Positions 28,363 through 37,545 of a stretch of 41,765 nucleotides of DNA are shown one piece after another. Under the pieces are notes generated by a model. The model saw nothing but the letters and a program-made list of their open reading frames with translations. It was not told the origin of the DNA and did not search any database. Origin of the DNA: an uncultured Planctomycetaceae bacterium (GTDB lineage: Bacteria > Planctomycetota > Planctomycetia > Pirellulales > UBA1268); assembly GCA_903877395.1 (NCBI GenBank), contig CAIRDU010000145.1, positions 1 through 41,765 of the forward strand, read 5' to 3'. Every line of letters starts with the position of its first letter. Position 1 is the stretch's first letter. A program made the translations under genes and the position numbers.

Positions 28363-29772
28363 TTATTTAGGATAGGTCATTTCAGCAGGGACGACCCACC
28401 GGTCGTAGTCGGCGGCGGAAACATACCCCAGCGACACAGCCGCTTCTTTGAGACTTGTGCCTTTCTGGAGCGCTGTCTTCGCGATGCTGGCTGCCTTCTC
28501 GTAGCCGATGTGTGGATTTAAGGCCGTGACAAGCATGAGGGAACTGTCGAGATTCTGCTGAATGCGTGTCAGTTGTGGCACAATGCCTACGGCGCAGTGG
28601 ATCCGCATCGAGTCGCAGGAATCGGCCATCAAGTCGGCCGATTCCAGCACGTTGTGAATCATGAGCGGCTTGAAGACATTGAGCTGAAAATGTCCTTGCG
28701 ATCCGGCGAAGGCCACTGCGGCATCGTTTCCGAACACCTGCACGCAGACCATCGTCATCGCCTCGCACTGCGTGGGGTTCACTTTGCCAGGCATAATCGA
28801 ACTGCCCGGTTCATTTTCAGGAATCGAAATCTCGCCGATGCCACAGCGAGGCCCAGAGGCCAGCCAGCGGATATCGCTGGCGATCTTGAACAGCGCCATT
28901 GCGAGGCCCCGCTCGGCGGCACTGATTTCCACGAGAGCATCATGGGCAGAGAGTGCCGCAAACTTATTGGGCGACGATACGAAAGGGTGCCCCGTTTCTT
29001 TTGCGATATAACGGGCAGCCACTTCGCCAAAGTGCGGGTGAGCATTGAGGCCTGTGCCCACAGCCGTGCCACCGATTGCCAGTTCGTAGAGCCCCGGCAT
29101 CGACTGCTCGATCGAGTTGATTCTGTCATCGAGCTGTGATCGCCACGCAGAGATCTCTTGGCCAAGCGTGATGGGCGTGGCATCTTGCAGATGCGTGCGG
29201 CCAATTTTGACAATCGCAGCATAACGCTCCTCCAATCCGGCGAACACATCTCGCAGGCTTCGCACGGCAGGTAGCAGCCGATTGTGAATCGTGTTCACCG
29301 CAGCAATGTGCATCGCGGTGGGGAATGTGTCGTTTGACGACTGGCATCGATTGACATCATCGTTGGGATGGATCGGTGACTTGGATCCCATCACACCACC
29401 AGCCATCTCGATGGCACGGTTCGATATTACCTCGTTGGCATTCATGTTCGACTGCGTGCCGCTGCCGGTCTGAAATACGACCAGCGGAAAGTGATCGTTC
29501 AGTGTGCCGGCAATCACTTCGTCAGCGGCCTGCACGATCAGTCGCACCTTTTCGGGAGGAATCTGCCCGAGTTCACCGTTGGCCAAGGCCGCGCATTTTT
29601 TCAGGATGCCCAGCGACTGCGTAATGGCTGCCCCCCACTGAAAGCGATCAACGCCAATTTTGAAGTTGTCGCGAGATCGCTCTGTTTGGGCGCCCCAGTA
29701 GCGGTTGGCGGGCACGTTGACGTTGCCCATACTGTCGGATTCGGTGCGAGACGATTGCGAACTGACGGGCAT
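28363..29772 (-). CDS. fumC: Class II fumarate hydratase
   Basis: [35 protein letters not shown], and the signature [11 protein letters not shown]. Confidence 0.96.
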   Translation of the reverse strand: MPVSSQSSRTESDSMGNVNVPANRYWGAQTERSRDNFKIGVDRFQWGAAITQSLGILKKCAALANGELGQIPPEKVRLIVQAADEVIAGTLNDHFPLVVFQTGSGTQSNMNANEVISNRAIEMAGGVMGSKSPIHPNDDVNRCQSSNDTFPTAMHIAAVNTIHNRLLPAVRSLRDVFAGLEERYAAIVKIGRTHLQDATPITLGQEISAWRSQLDDRINSIEQSMPGLYELAIGGTAVGTGLNAHPHFGEVAARYIAKETGHPFVSSPNKFAALSAHDALVEISAAERGLAMALFKIASDIRWLASGPRCGIGEISIPENEPGSSIMPGKVNPTQCEAMTMVCVQVFGNDAAVAFAGSQGHFQLNVFKPLMIHNVLESADLMADSCDSMRIHCAVGIVPQLTRIQQNLDSSLMLVTALNPHIGYEKAASIAKTALQKGTSLKEAAVSLGYVSAADYDRWVVPAEMTYPK

Positions 29773-29817
29773 GGTAGCGTTCCTCGTGGGCAGGTCAGGT
29801 GTGCGGCGCGGTGGAGT

Positions 29818-32544
29818 CTACCTCCGCTTCCGCTGAAGCGATGGCGCGAGGGTGGCGTTGGCCGTCGCAGCCGGTTCACGCAGGCCAATCGCCAGCGCAA
29901 GCCAGCCGTCGGAGCTTACCGATTGCAGCACCCGCATGCCAGCAAGGCGGGGGTTCTCGACGATTCGCCCTGGAAGCACCGGGATTGGCCGCTCTTTCGG
30001 GAAGATCTTGCCAAAGATTGTACGCAGGGCAAGTTCCATGCGGCCGTGATGTCCAGGACCGCTCAATTGCACCGGTCCCTCCCGCTCCAGAAACACCTGG
30101 GCAGAACTGTTCGAAGGCTTGTAGGCGACGTGTGCCACGATATCGTACCAGTGACGGCGCCCGCTTTCGATTGCGTCGAGCGTTACTCGCACGTGTACCA
30201 ATCCATCTCGGCACTCGATTCGTAGCGGCTGCTCTTTTGCGAACGTTACGGCGACCCCCTCCGGTAGATCCTCTGCGCTGGTCGACTCCATCCCCACCTT
30301 TTCGCACAGAATTTGCATCAGCTCCTCCAACGAGAGCCTCCTGCCGGCCAGTTTAAGTCGCTCCATCGCATTGTTGAGCGAGGAATCGTGCACCTGCATG
30401 CTGAGCATGGAGTCCGAAGGCGCCCGTGGTCGAGGGGTATGGGCGGCAAGTTGTCCATCGCCGGCCAGCCGCAGCCGAACGGTTGCGACTGTTTGGGTTG
30501 TCTCCATGGCAACGGCGGTTGGTTCTAAACCCAGTTGCACCAGAGGCGACCAGATCTTCGTGCGTATCCGATCCGCGATCTCGGCGAACTGCGGCTCCGA
30601 CTGCTCGTCCACCTCGCGACAGGCTCGCCCGATGATCAGGTCGGTTACCTCGCGATTGGCCTCGGGCATTTTTTCATCGTGCTGGCTTTTGGCAATGTTT
30701 CGCACCAGCGACCGCATGATCGGCACCGAGTCGAAGCTCGTCTGTATGGCATCGAGTTGCGAGCGGTTGGATGCGACGCCCGTGGCGTCACCAAAAAGCA
30801 GACCTGCCGAACATACCTTGATGGGTTTGCTCACCGTAAACGAGGAGGCTCCGCGGGCCGTCAGTGATACGGGCCCTGCTGCTGTGACCGTGCGAGAATC
30901 CACGTCACCATGTACTTCGAGGCTGATACAGATCTCGTCAGAGTCGGGAGTGAATCGCACGGTGGTGGTGCGTTCGACGGTGCGAGTGCCGCGCACCTTT
31001 CTGCCCAAGACAACATCGTCTACCGGTCCAGTATTGACTGTCGCCGCCGGCAAGAGTTTGTCCAGAAACTGCTGGTGCACAGCGATTCGGACATTGGCAG
31101 ACAGATAATGTTCTCGCACCGCCTTGGCAACGCTCCGACATCCCTCCTGAGAAGAAGCATCGATCGCCGCCATCGCCGCCGTCGCCACCGCCGCATCTGT
31201 CGGGGAAAGTGTTGTCTCGAATCGTTCCAAGGAGTTAAGGAGTTGGGCAATGTCCGCTTCGTTGCGTTGGCTGCACGACGGAATTGTTTCGTGGGAGGGC
31301 GTGGCAGCCCCAGCGGCCTCGGCTGCCTGTTGGGCCGCGATTGTGGCGAAGAGTCCGGTGGCAGTGCGCCACACGGCCACTCGCCTAGCCATCGCCAAGG
31401 CTGCGCGTCTCGTACCTGATGCGAGGGAAGCATCAGCGATGCCATCAGCAATCCCCATGCCCGCATGCACAGACTCTCCGAGCGTGACGAGGTTCGCACC
31501 TGCAATGGGATCTCGAGGCCCGTTAGTCGTTAAGGCATCGCGGAGTTGGGCGAGCGAATGAGTCGCCCAAGCAACTGCGGGCATACCGGCAGTTCCGGCG
31601 GCTTTCGGATGGAGTGCAGCGAGTTGCTCCAACTGTTCGAGCAGTTTGACAGGCGTTGGCCAGACACTGATGTCAGCCGGGAATTTCTGCGTGGGTGCAA
31701 CCGTTGAAGGCGTCTGGGGCGCATCGCTGGCCCGTTCTCGCGAGAGTAGCCTCTCGCCCACACGCAGCCGATCTAGAATGCGTCCGCCGACGGTGGGCTG
31801 GGCAGAGTTCGGTGCATTGCTCTCCTGTGTGGGAGCAAAACCATCGCCCCTGGATTCGTGCCTTCGCTCCGTCAGCAATCCAAATCGAGGAGACGTTGAC
31901 GGATTTAAATTTTCTGGAGACTGCGAAGTCGGAGTTTCAGACCAGTTGACCGTATCTGGATTGCTCCAGTTTTCTCCAGGCATCGGGGCGGAACCGAGTG
32001 AACCCCCTACTGGTGGTGGCAGAATCAACCTCGGATGGATCGGCTCCGGTTTGGGCGGTGGTACGGCATGGACTTGGGCAATAGTTGGCGGAACGATTTG
32101 CGCCTGAACGGTTTGAGCTTGAACTGTCTGCACTGCGGTTCGTGCTGCGGCGGTTCCGGATGGCTCGTTCATCGCTAGTCGCTCGGGCGGTGTAGCAGCG
32201 AGGACCGCCGCCATATGCTGAAGACCGCCGGTGCCGCGAAGGGGTGATGGCGCGGCAGTGGGAGCGTGGGAGCCAGTTGTGGCGATCGCCTCGGCGACAA
32301 TTGCTGGATGCGCCGCAAGGCCGCCGCTTCTGCGGTTGGCATCGACTGCGATTGTGCTTTCAACCAGGCATGAGTGCGATCCCGCGAGCGACTCATCCCG
32401 AATCCCTTCCGCGAGGGGTTCCTCCAGACCAAAAAATGGCTCTGGCACAGGATCCCACGCGTGCGGTGCAAAAAGAGCAGCCGCAAATATGAGTCCGGCA
32501 ATGAACGATGAAACGACAATGCCACCGGCCTGTTTTTCTGACAT
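29818..32544 (-). CDS. Large membrane-anchored hypothetical protein
   Basis: Purine-rich SD region before ATG 32544. N-terminal TM (IVVSSFIAGLIFAAALFA), low-complexity P/A/Q/T linker, then helical and beta-rich C-terminal domains. Confidence 0.75.
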   Translation of the reverse strand: MSEKQAGGIVVSSFIAGLIFAAALFAPHAWDPVPEPFFGLEEPLAEGIRDESLAGSHSCLVESTIAVDANRRSGGLAAHPAIVAEAIATTGSHAPTAAPSPLRGTGGLQHMAAVLAATPPERLAMNEPSGTAAARTAVQTVQAQTVQAQIVPPTIAQVHAVPPPKPEPIHPRLILPPPVGGSLGSAPMPGENWSNPDTVNWSETPTSQSPENLNPSTSPRFGLLTERRHESRGDGFAPTQESNAPNSAQPTVGGRILDRLRVGERLLSRERASDAPQTPSTVAPTQKFPADISVWPTPVKLLEQLEQLAALHPKAAGTAGMPAVAWATHSLAQLRDALTTNGPRDPIAGANLVTLGESVHAGMGIADGIADASLASGTRRAALAMARRVAVWRTATGLFATIAAQQAAEAAGAATPSHETIPSCSQRNEADIAQLLNSLERFETTLSPTDAAVATAAMAAIDASSQEGCRSVAKAVREHYLSANVRIAVHQQFLDKLLPAATVNTGPVDDVVLGRKVRGTRTVERTTTVRFTPDSDEICISLEVHGDVDSRTVTAAGPVSLTARGASSFTVSKPIKVCSAGLLFGDATGVASNRSQLDAIQTSFDSVPIMRSLVRNIAKSQHDEKMPEANREVTDLIIGRACREVDEQSEPQFAEIADRIRTKIWSPLVQLGLEPTAVAMETTQTVATVRLRLAGDGQLAAHTPRPRAPSDSMLSMQVHDSSLNNAMERLKLAGRRLSLEELMQILCEKVGMESTSAEDLPEGVAVTFAKEQPLRIECRDGLVHVRVTLDAIESGRRHWYDIVAHVAYKPSNSSAQVFLEREGPVQLSGPGHHGRMELALRTIFGKIFPKERPIPVLPGRIVENPRLAGMRVLQSVSSDGWLALAIGLREPAATANATLAPSLQRKRR

Positions 32545-32741
32545 GCCTACTCGCCCTCCCCGCAGATGACCAAACTCTGACCGCGACAGGATCGCGCCCT
32601 GCAATGAAGGCACGACCCGAATAGCAGGATCGACAGGCACGACCAGAAAAATCGATTTCACGGCAAGCGATCGTTATGGCTTACCAAATCGCAGAGGTTA
32701 TGCCGTGCAGATAGGCAGCAAAGACGAGCGGCTCGCGCAGG

Positions 32742-33839
32742 TCAGGTGGTTTGGGTAAGACGCGGCTGTTCCAGTAGAGCGGTCCAAGCGTCAACGACAA
32801 TCGTGAGGTTGGCATTCCGGTTGACTGCGTCCAACGCGTCGAGTGTATGGCGAAGGGACACGACCGCTTCCTCTGAACCGCCTGTCCACGCGTTGATCAG
32901 TTCAGCAAGAACTTGGTCGCAGGGAGGCTCGCCAGCCAGATCATCCCGCAGGGCCGCACGAAAAAAATCGATGGCAGATTCGAGTACGATCCTGAGCCGA
33001 GCACGCCGAACCGGAGCTTCTTTGCCAGCAGCGTCCAGCAACAACTTCGTCTCGTCAGCTAATTCAACGCCATGCATTGGGCGGTGTGAGAGCAGTGAGA
33101 TGAGTCGGCATCGAAACGCTGCTAGCATCGGGTCGAGTAAGAGTCGCGCCCGCTGGAGGCTGCCGCCGGAGCCTTGAGCGCATGCCCATAAAAGCGAGTC
33201 GTTGTCGGGCTCTTTTTTGATGGCATCATCGTTTTGAATCTGGCCGATATCTGTTCCACGAGCAGTTTCATGCTTCAGTATCGAAAAAACTGTCTCGCTC
33301 GTTAGTGGACGAAAACGCACGATCTGACACCGCGAGCGGATCGTTGGGAGTTGCCTTTCTAACGCCGTGCCAACCAGCACAATCACCGCGCCGTCCGGGG
33401 GTTCCTCCAGCGTCTTGAGCAAGCAGTTGGCAGCCTCTTCGGCGAGGTGGTCGGCATCCAGAATAATCGCTACCTTGCGACTCCCCATCGTCGGCCGGAG
33501 CAGGAGCCTCCAGCACAGGCCCTCTCGCATCCGGTGATCTGCGTCACCGATGAAGGTTTCCAGCGGAATCGTGGCCCGATCTTCCGGCTTCGACACGATA
33601 TCGATATCTGGATGCCTGCCAGCCTTTGCCTGCACACACGAACTGCACGCGTTGCAGGGCAAGAGGCCTTTGCCTGTCGACCGGCAGAGCAGGGACCCAG
33701 CCAGCTTTTGCGCAAAGGTGCTCTTGCCGATGCCCGGTGGCCCGATAAAGAGATACGATCCAGCGATGCGGCCGAGGGCCTGCGCCGCCACAAACCTTTC
33801 CACAACCGCGTCGTGTCCCTCGATTCCCTGCCACGCCAT
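32742..33839 (-). CDS. holB: DNA polymerase III subunit delta prime
   Basis: YLFIGPPGIGKS, zinc module C..PCNACSSC, HPD, AANCLLKTLEEPP, LPTIRSRC. Follows tmk. Confidence 0.92.
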   Translation of the reverse strand: MAWQGIEGHDAVVERFVAAQALGRIAGSYLFIGPPGIGKSTFAQKLAGSLLCRSTGKGLLPCNACSSCVQAKAGRHPDIDIVSKPEDRATIPLETFIGDADHRMREGLCWRLLLRPTMGSRKVAIILDADHLAEEAANCLLKTLEEPPDGAVIVLVGTALERQLPTIRSRCQIVRFRPLTSETVFSILKHETARGTDIGQIQNDDAIKKEPDNDSLLWACAQGSGGSLQRARLLLDPMLAAFRCRLISLLSHRPMHGVELADETKLLLDAAGKEAPVRRARLRIVLESAIDFFRAALRDDLAGEPPCDQVLAELINAWTGGSEEAVVSLRHTLDALDAVNRNANLTIVVDAWTALLEQPRLTQTT

Positions 33840-33850
33840 TGTGTGTTTTG

Positions 33851-34486
33851 TCAGGAAGTGAATCCTGTCTCCAATCGCTGCGATACCGCATCACGCAGGC
33901 GGGTTGCAACGTCGGCGATGTTGCCCGTCGCATCGATCACGGCGATCCTGTCCGGTTGGCGGGCTGCCTCAATTCGATACCCATCGTGCAACCGCTTGCG
34001 AAATTCGTCGCCCCGGTCTTCCAGTTTGTCCAGCGGACGCGACAGCCGTCGTGAGGCAGTCTCCAGATCAAGATCGAGTAAAAGAACAAGATCGGGCTGG
34101 AGCCCACCGGTGGCCACTGCTCCCACCTGTCGGATGATTTCCGGATCAAGGCCGCCGGCATGCCCTTGGTAGACAATGTTTGCCAGCAAATAGCGATCCG
34201 AGACGACCCACTCACCTCGGGCTAGCGCTGGCTGAATGATCTCTGCCACAAGCTGCGCCCGCGCGGCCATGTACAGCAGCATTTCCGCTGTTTGAACGAG
34301 GGTGACTTCCTGACGGTCCAGCAGAATGCTCCGAATCGCATCGCCGGCCGCCGTCGAGCCTGGATCGCGGCACGTCGTCACCGTGCAACGATTTTCTCGT
34401 AGCCATGCCACAAGGGCTGTGATCTGCGAGGATTTTCCAGCTCCATCAATCCCCTCCAGAACGATAAAGCGAGGAGGATTCGTCAT
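33851..34486 (-). CDS. tmk: Thymidylate kinase
   Basis: FIVLEGIDGAGKSSQ, RDPG, LLYMAARAQ, SDRY, YQG, PDLVLLLD. ATGA overlap with the upstream gene. Confidence 0.95.
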   Translation of the reverse strand: MTNPPRFIVLEGIDGAGKSSQITALVAWLRENRCTVTTCRDPGSTAAGDAIRSILLDRQEVTLVQTAEMLLYMAARAQLVAEIIQPALARGEWVVSDRYLLANIVYQGHAGGLDPEIIRQVGAVATGGLQPDLVLLLDLDLETASRRLSRPLDKLEDRGDEFRKRLHDGYRIEAARQPDRIAVIDATGNIADVATRLRDAVSQRLETGFTS

Positions 34487-35466
34487 GGGCGTGGCTCTTG
34501 GTTCTGGGCCTTGCTCTTCGAAAATCCACGCTCCGCCAGCCAGCGGCTGCATTCGACGGTCCACGGATGTAGCTTTGTCGGATCGTATGGCCGCACGCCG
34601 AGGCCAATGCCGTGCGCCCCTTTTTCATATACGTGCAATTCGAACGGACGGTTGTGCTTCTGTAGCGAGGCGGCAAGATCCAGAACGCCTTCCAGTTTCA
34701 CGCCTTTATCTTCGACCGTATGCCAGACGAACGTTGGCGGCGTCTGGTCGTCTACCGCCAGTTCTCCAGAGAGATCTCGCAGGAGTTCTTCAGAAGGAGC
34801 ATCTCCAAGTAGATTCTTTTGCGAACCGATGTGGGTGTTGGCCGACACCATGCTTACCACTGGATAGCAGAGCACGCCCAGATCGGCCCGCGAAGACTGT
34901 TGGTCGATTGGATCAACCGCAGATGGGTTGCCATTGTCGCCGTGAGTCAGGAGCGTCAGGGCTAGGTGCCCGCCGGCCGAACTGCCCATCACACCGACGC
35001 GTTTTGGATCGATTCCAAGCTGTGAGTGCTGTGACCGCACCACTCGCATGGCCCGCGACACATCTCCGAGCATGACTGGATGCCGGTATCCCTTGCTGCC
35101 CAAGCGGTAGCGGAGCACGAAAGCCGAAACGCCCTGTGCGTTGAGCCAGCGGGCGTAGTCGGAGCCCTCGTGATCGGCCAGCCCGCCGTAGCCACCGCCT
35201 GGACAGATCACGATGGCAGCCGTTTTTTCTTGCGGCGGCTTCGAGTTCAACGCGGGCCACCACGCCACCACTGGAATATCCTGCTCCGCCGCACCGAGCG
35301 CGCCAGGGGCATTGCCCTGCCAGAGCCGAATCGTCTCGGCGGGGGCATCGACTGCCAGAGCCACCGCTGCCGAGAACACAACCATGGCCTGCATGCCGAG
35401 CAAGAGGGCCACCAGAGCAAGCCAACGCAAGCGGGTACCAGAGCACATAAGGCTGCCACTCCTCAT
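34483..35466 (-). CDS. Exported alpha/beta-hydrolase (acetylxylan esterase / BD-FAE-like)
   Basis: Signal peptide, ICPGGGY, nucleophile GSSAGGHLA, PPTFVWHTVEDKGV, ELHVYEKGAHGIG. Confidence 0.88.
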   Translation of the reverse strand: MRSGSLMCSGTRLRWLALVALLLGMQAMVVFSAAVALAVDAPAETIRLWQGNAPGALGAAEQDIPVVAWWPALNSKPPQEKTAAIVICPGGGYGGLADHEGSDYARWLNAQGVSAFVLRYRLGSKGYRHPVMLGDVSRAMRVVRSQHSQLGIDPKRVGVMGSSAGGHLALTLLTHGDNGNPSAVDPIDQQSSRADLGVLCYPVVSMVSANTHIGSQKNLLGDAPSEELLRDLSGELAVDDQTPPTFVWHTVEDKGVKLEGVLDLAASLQKHNRPFELHVYEKGAHGIGLGVRPYDPTKLHPWTVECSRWLAERGFSKSKAQNQEPRP

Positions 35467-35576
35467 TACAGAGAGAGAATAAAATTACGAACAGCCACAT
35501 AGCATACGAGATCAAATGAGATGCGTTTTCACACTGGCGGCTCGCAGGGGGCACGCGTGCGGCGTGCATGGGCCCT

Positions 35577-36167
35577 TCATGTGCCCTGAATGCCTGTCAT
35601 TCTTGCAATGCCCAGCGGATCAGTGGGGTCGAGTTGTGCCAGGCGTCGCTGTATATCTTTTGTCATGGCCTCCCGGCCAGTTGCAATCAGGCAGTGAACG
35701 AGCCCTTTGGCGGCTTCAAAAAAAGGCCTATTGCTCGGGCGAACGTATGGCAGCGGATGGGAGTTGTCAGCGGCATCCAGCGCCCGAAGCCCCAGTTCGT
35801 AGGCCCGTCCGAAGTGGCCCCTTGCCAGCTTTGGGTCGCCATCCTCCAACGCAATCAAACCTAGGTGCACGTGGGCGTCCAAGAAATCAGGACACTCCGA
35901 CAGCAGCCAGACAAGCTCGTCGCGGGCAATGTCTGTTTCGCCAGCTTCGACCATCGCCTCCACCTCCGCCATGTCGTCACGGCGTTTCCGAGCACACCGC
36001 GGGTGAACGAATTCCCATTCACACCCCACGGCCGAATCGTGCCGTTGGATTCGAAGCTTTTCCACAGTTCGCGCGCGACGGCTTCCGTGTTTTTTTAATT
36101 CAGGGTTTTGATCACGGTTGTGATCGGGCTGCAACGGCTGGCTGGAATCTGGGTTGGGCATTGGCAT
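35577..36167 (-). CDS. Hypothetical TPR-like protein
   Basis: Helical repeat ARDELVWLLSECPDFLDAHVHLGLIALE..LARGHFGRAY. Start at ATG 36167 or 36161. Confidence 0.7.
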   Translation of the reverse strand: MPMPNPDSSQPLQPDHNRDQNPELKKHGSRRARTVEKLRIQRHDSAVGCEWEFVHPRCARKRRDDMAEVEAMVEAGETDIARDELVWLLSECPDFLDAHVHLGLIALEDGDPKLARGHFGRAYELGLRALDAADNSHPLPYVRPSNRPFFEAAKGLVHCLIATGREAMTKDIQRRLAQLDPTDPLGIARMTGIQGT

Positions 36168-36273
36168 CGAGGATGAAACAAGCAAACTCACGCGGGGACT
36201 GCTACGGACGGCGTGGGCCTTGATAGACTCCTCTGGTTGGAACGGAATAAAAACACGATTGCAAGGGGCCGAT

Positions 36274-37371
36274 GTGAAGGTCGCAGGGATTCGTTCGGAC
36301 GCGTGTCGGCCACTCAATGCCAGAGCCATTGCGCGGGCGTTGGGGGCGTGGTATGCCCGCGCCAGGCGGGACTTACCCTGGCGGCGGTCGCGGGATCCTT
36401 ATCGGGTTTGGGTGAGCGAGATTATGCTTCAACAAACGCAGGTAGAGAGAGTCAAAGACTTTTACCAGCGATTTCTCGGGTTGTTTCCAACCGTTGAATC
36501 GCTTGCGGCAGCTGACGAGCACGATGTGCTGCGGGCGTGGGAAGGCCTTGGCTACTACCGTCGGGCGAGGCAGATGCACGCGGCAGCCAAGGTGCTGGCC
36601 ACCGAACATGGAGGCACATTTCCTCGGACAGTTGCGGCGCTCCGCGGCCTCCCAGGCATTGGCCGCTACACAGCCGGTGCGATTGCGTCGATTGCGATGG
36701 ATCTTCCCGAACCAATTGTCGAGGCTAATTCTCGCCGCGTGCTTGCAAGGCTCGCTGGCTATGCGAAGCGGTTAGACAGGCCGGGCGGCGACGAGCCGAT
36801 ATGGAAAATCGCGCACAGCCTTGTGCCACAGCGAGATGCCGGACGGTTCAATCAGGCCTTGATGGATCTGGGAGCAATGGTCTGCACGCCAGACAGGCCC
36901 CTCTGCACAGCCTGTCCACTGGCTCGTATGTGCGATGCAAACAACAGCGGTCGCGTGAGCAGGATTCCGATGAAGTCCGTGCGTCGTGCCACCAAGCAGC
37001 TTCGCGAGGCTGCGATTGTGGTGCGCCGCGGAGCACGCGTGTTGGTGCAGAAGCGAGAAGAAGGAGAATGGTGGGCGGGCCTCTGGGATTTTCCTCGAGT
37101 GCAAGCTGCAGCCAGAAAACTCCACCAAGCCATCGGCGAATCAAAAACGCTGCAGCCGTTGGCCTGCACGCAACCCAAGGCTCTGGGCACGTTCACTCAC
37201 ACGGTGACGCACCACCGAATCACGCTGGCTGTGGTGGCCTGTACGGCAGCTCGAATGGGCAAACTGTCGCAGAATCTTGCATGGATCGCAGTCGATAAAC
37301 TAGGCGAACTGGCCATGACATCTCCGGGCCGTCGGATTGCAAAAATGATCGGCCAGCCATCGGTACGGTGA
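36274..37371 (+). CDS. mutY: A/G-specific adenine glycosylase
   Basis: RDLPWR, PYRVWVSEIMLQQTQV, WEGLGYYRRA, HhH LPGIGRYTAGA, Fe-S motif CTPDRPLCTACPLARMC, NUDIX-like GLWDFP. Probable GTG start. Confidence 0.93.
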   Translation: MKVAGIRSDACRPLNARAIARALGAWYARARRDLPWRRSRDPYRVWVSEIMLQQTQVERVKDFYQRFLGLFPTVESLAAADEHDVLRAWEGLGYYRRARQMHAAAKVLATEHGGTFPRTVAALRGLPGIGRYTAGAIASIAMDLPEPIVEANSRRVLARLAGYAKRLDRPGGDEPIWKIAHSLVPQRDAGRFNQALMDLGAMVCTPDRPLCTACPLARMCDANNSGRVSRIPMKSVRRATKQLREAAIVVRRGARVLVQKREEGEWWAGLWDFPRVQAAARKLHQAIGESKTLQPLACTQPKALGTFTHTVTHHRITLAVVACTAARMGKLSQNLAWIAVDKLGELAMTSPGRRIAKMIGQPSVR

Positions 37372-37454
37372 CCACGGCATTTTCACGGGAGCCTCTTCGC
37401 AGGGTTTGCTTTGCCAGAGATGCCAGAGCATGATTCCCACACCCTTTTCTTCCG

Positions 37455-37483
37455 GGAACCTTTTGCCTCCCGCGCGCATCCAA
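37455..37483 (+). promoter_or_regulatory. Possible ECF-sigma promoter upstream of the DUF4139 gene
   Basis: GGAACC, 17-nt spacer, ATCCAA, resembling sigmaE-type -35/-10 elements. Confidence 0.3.
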
Positions 37484-37545
37484 CCGGTGCGTCAAACGTC
37501 AACTCGTCTCATTGAACACCACTCTTTGTCTTTGGAGGCTCACTC

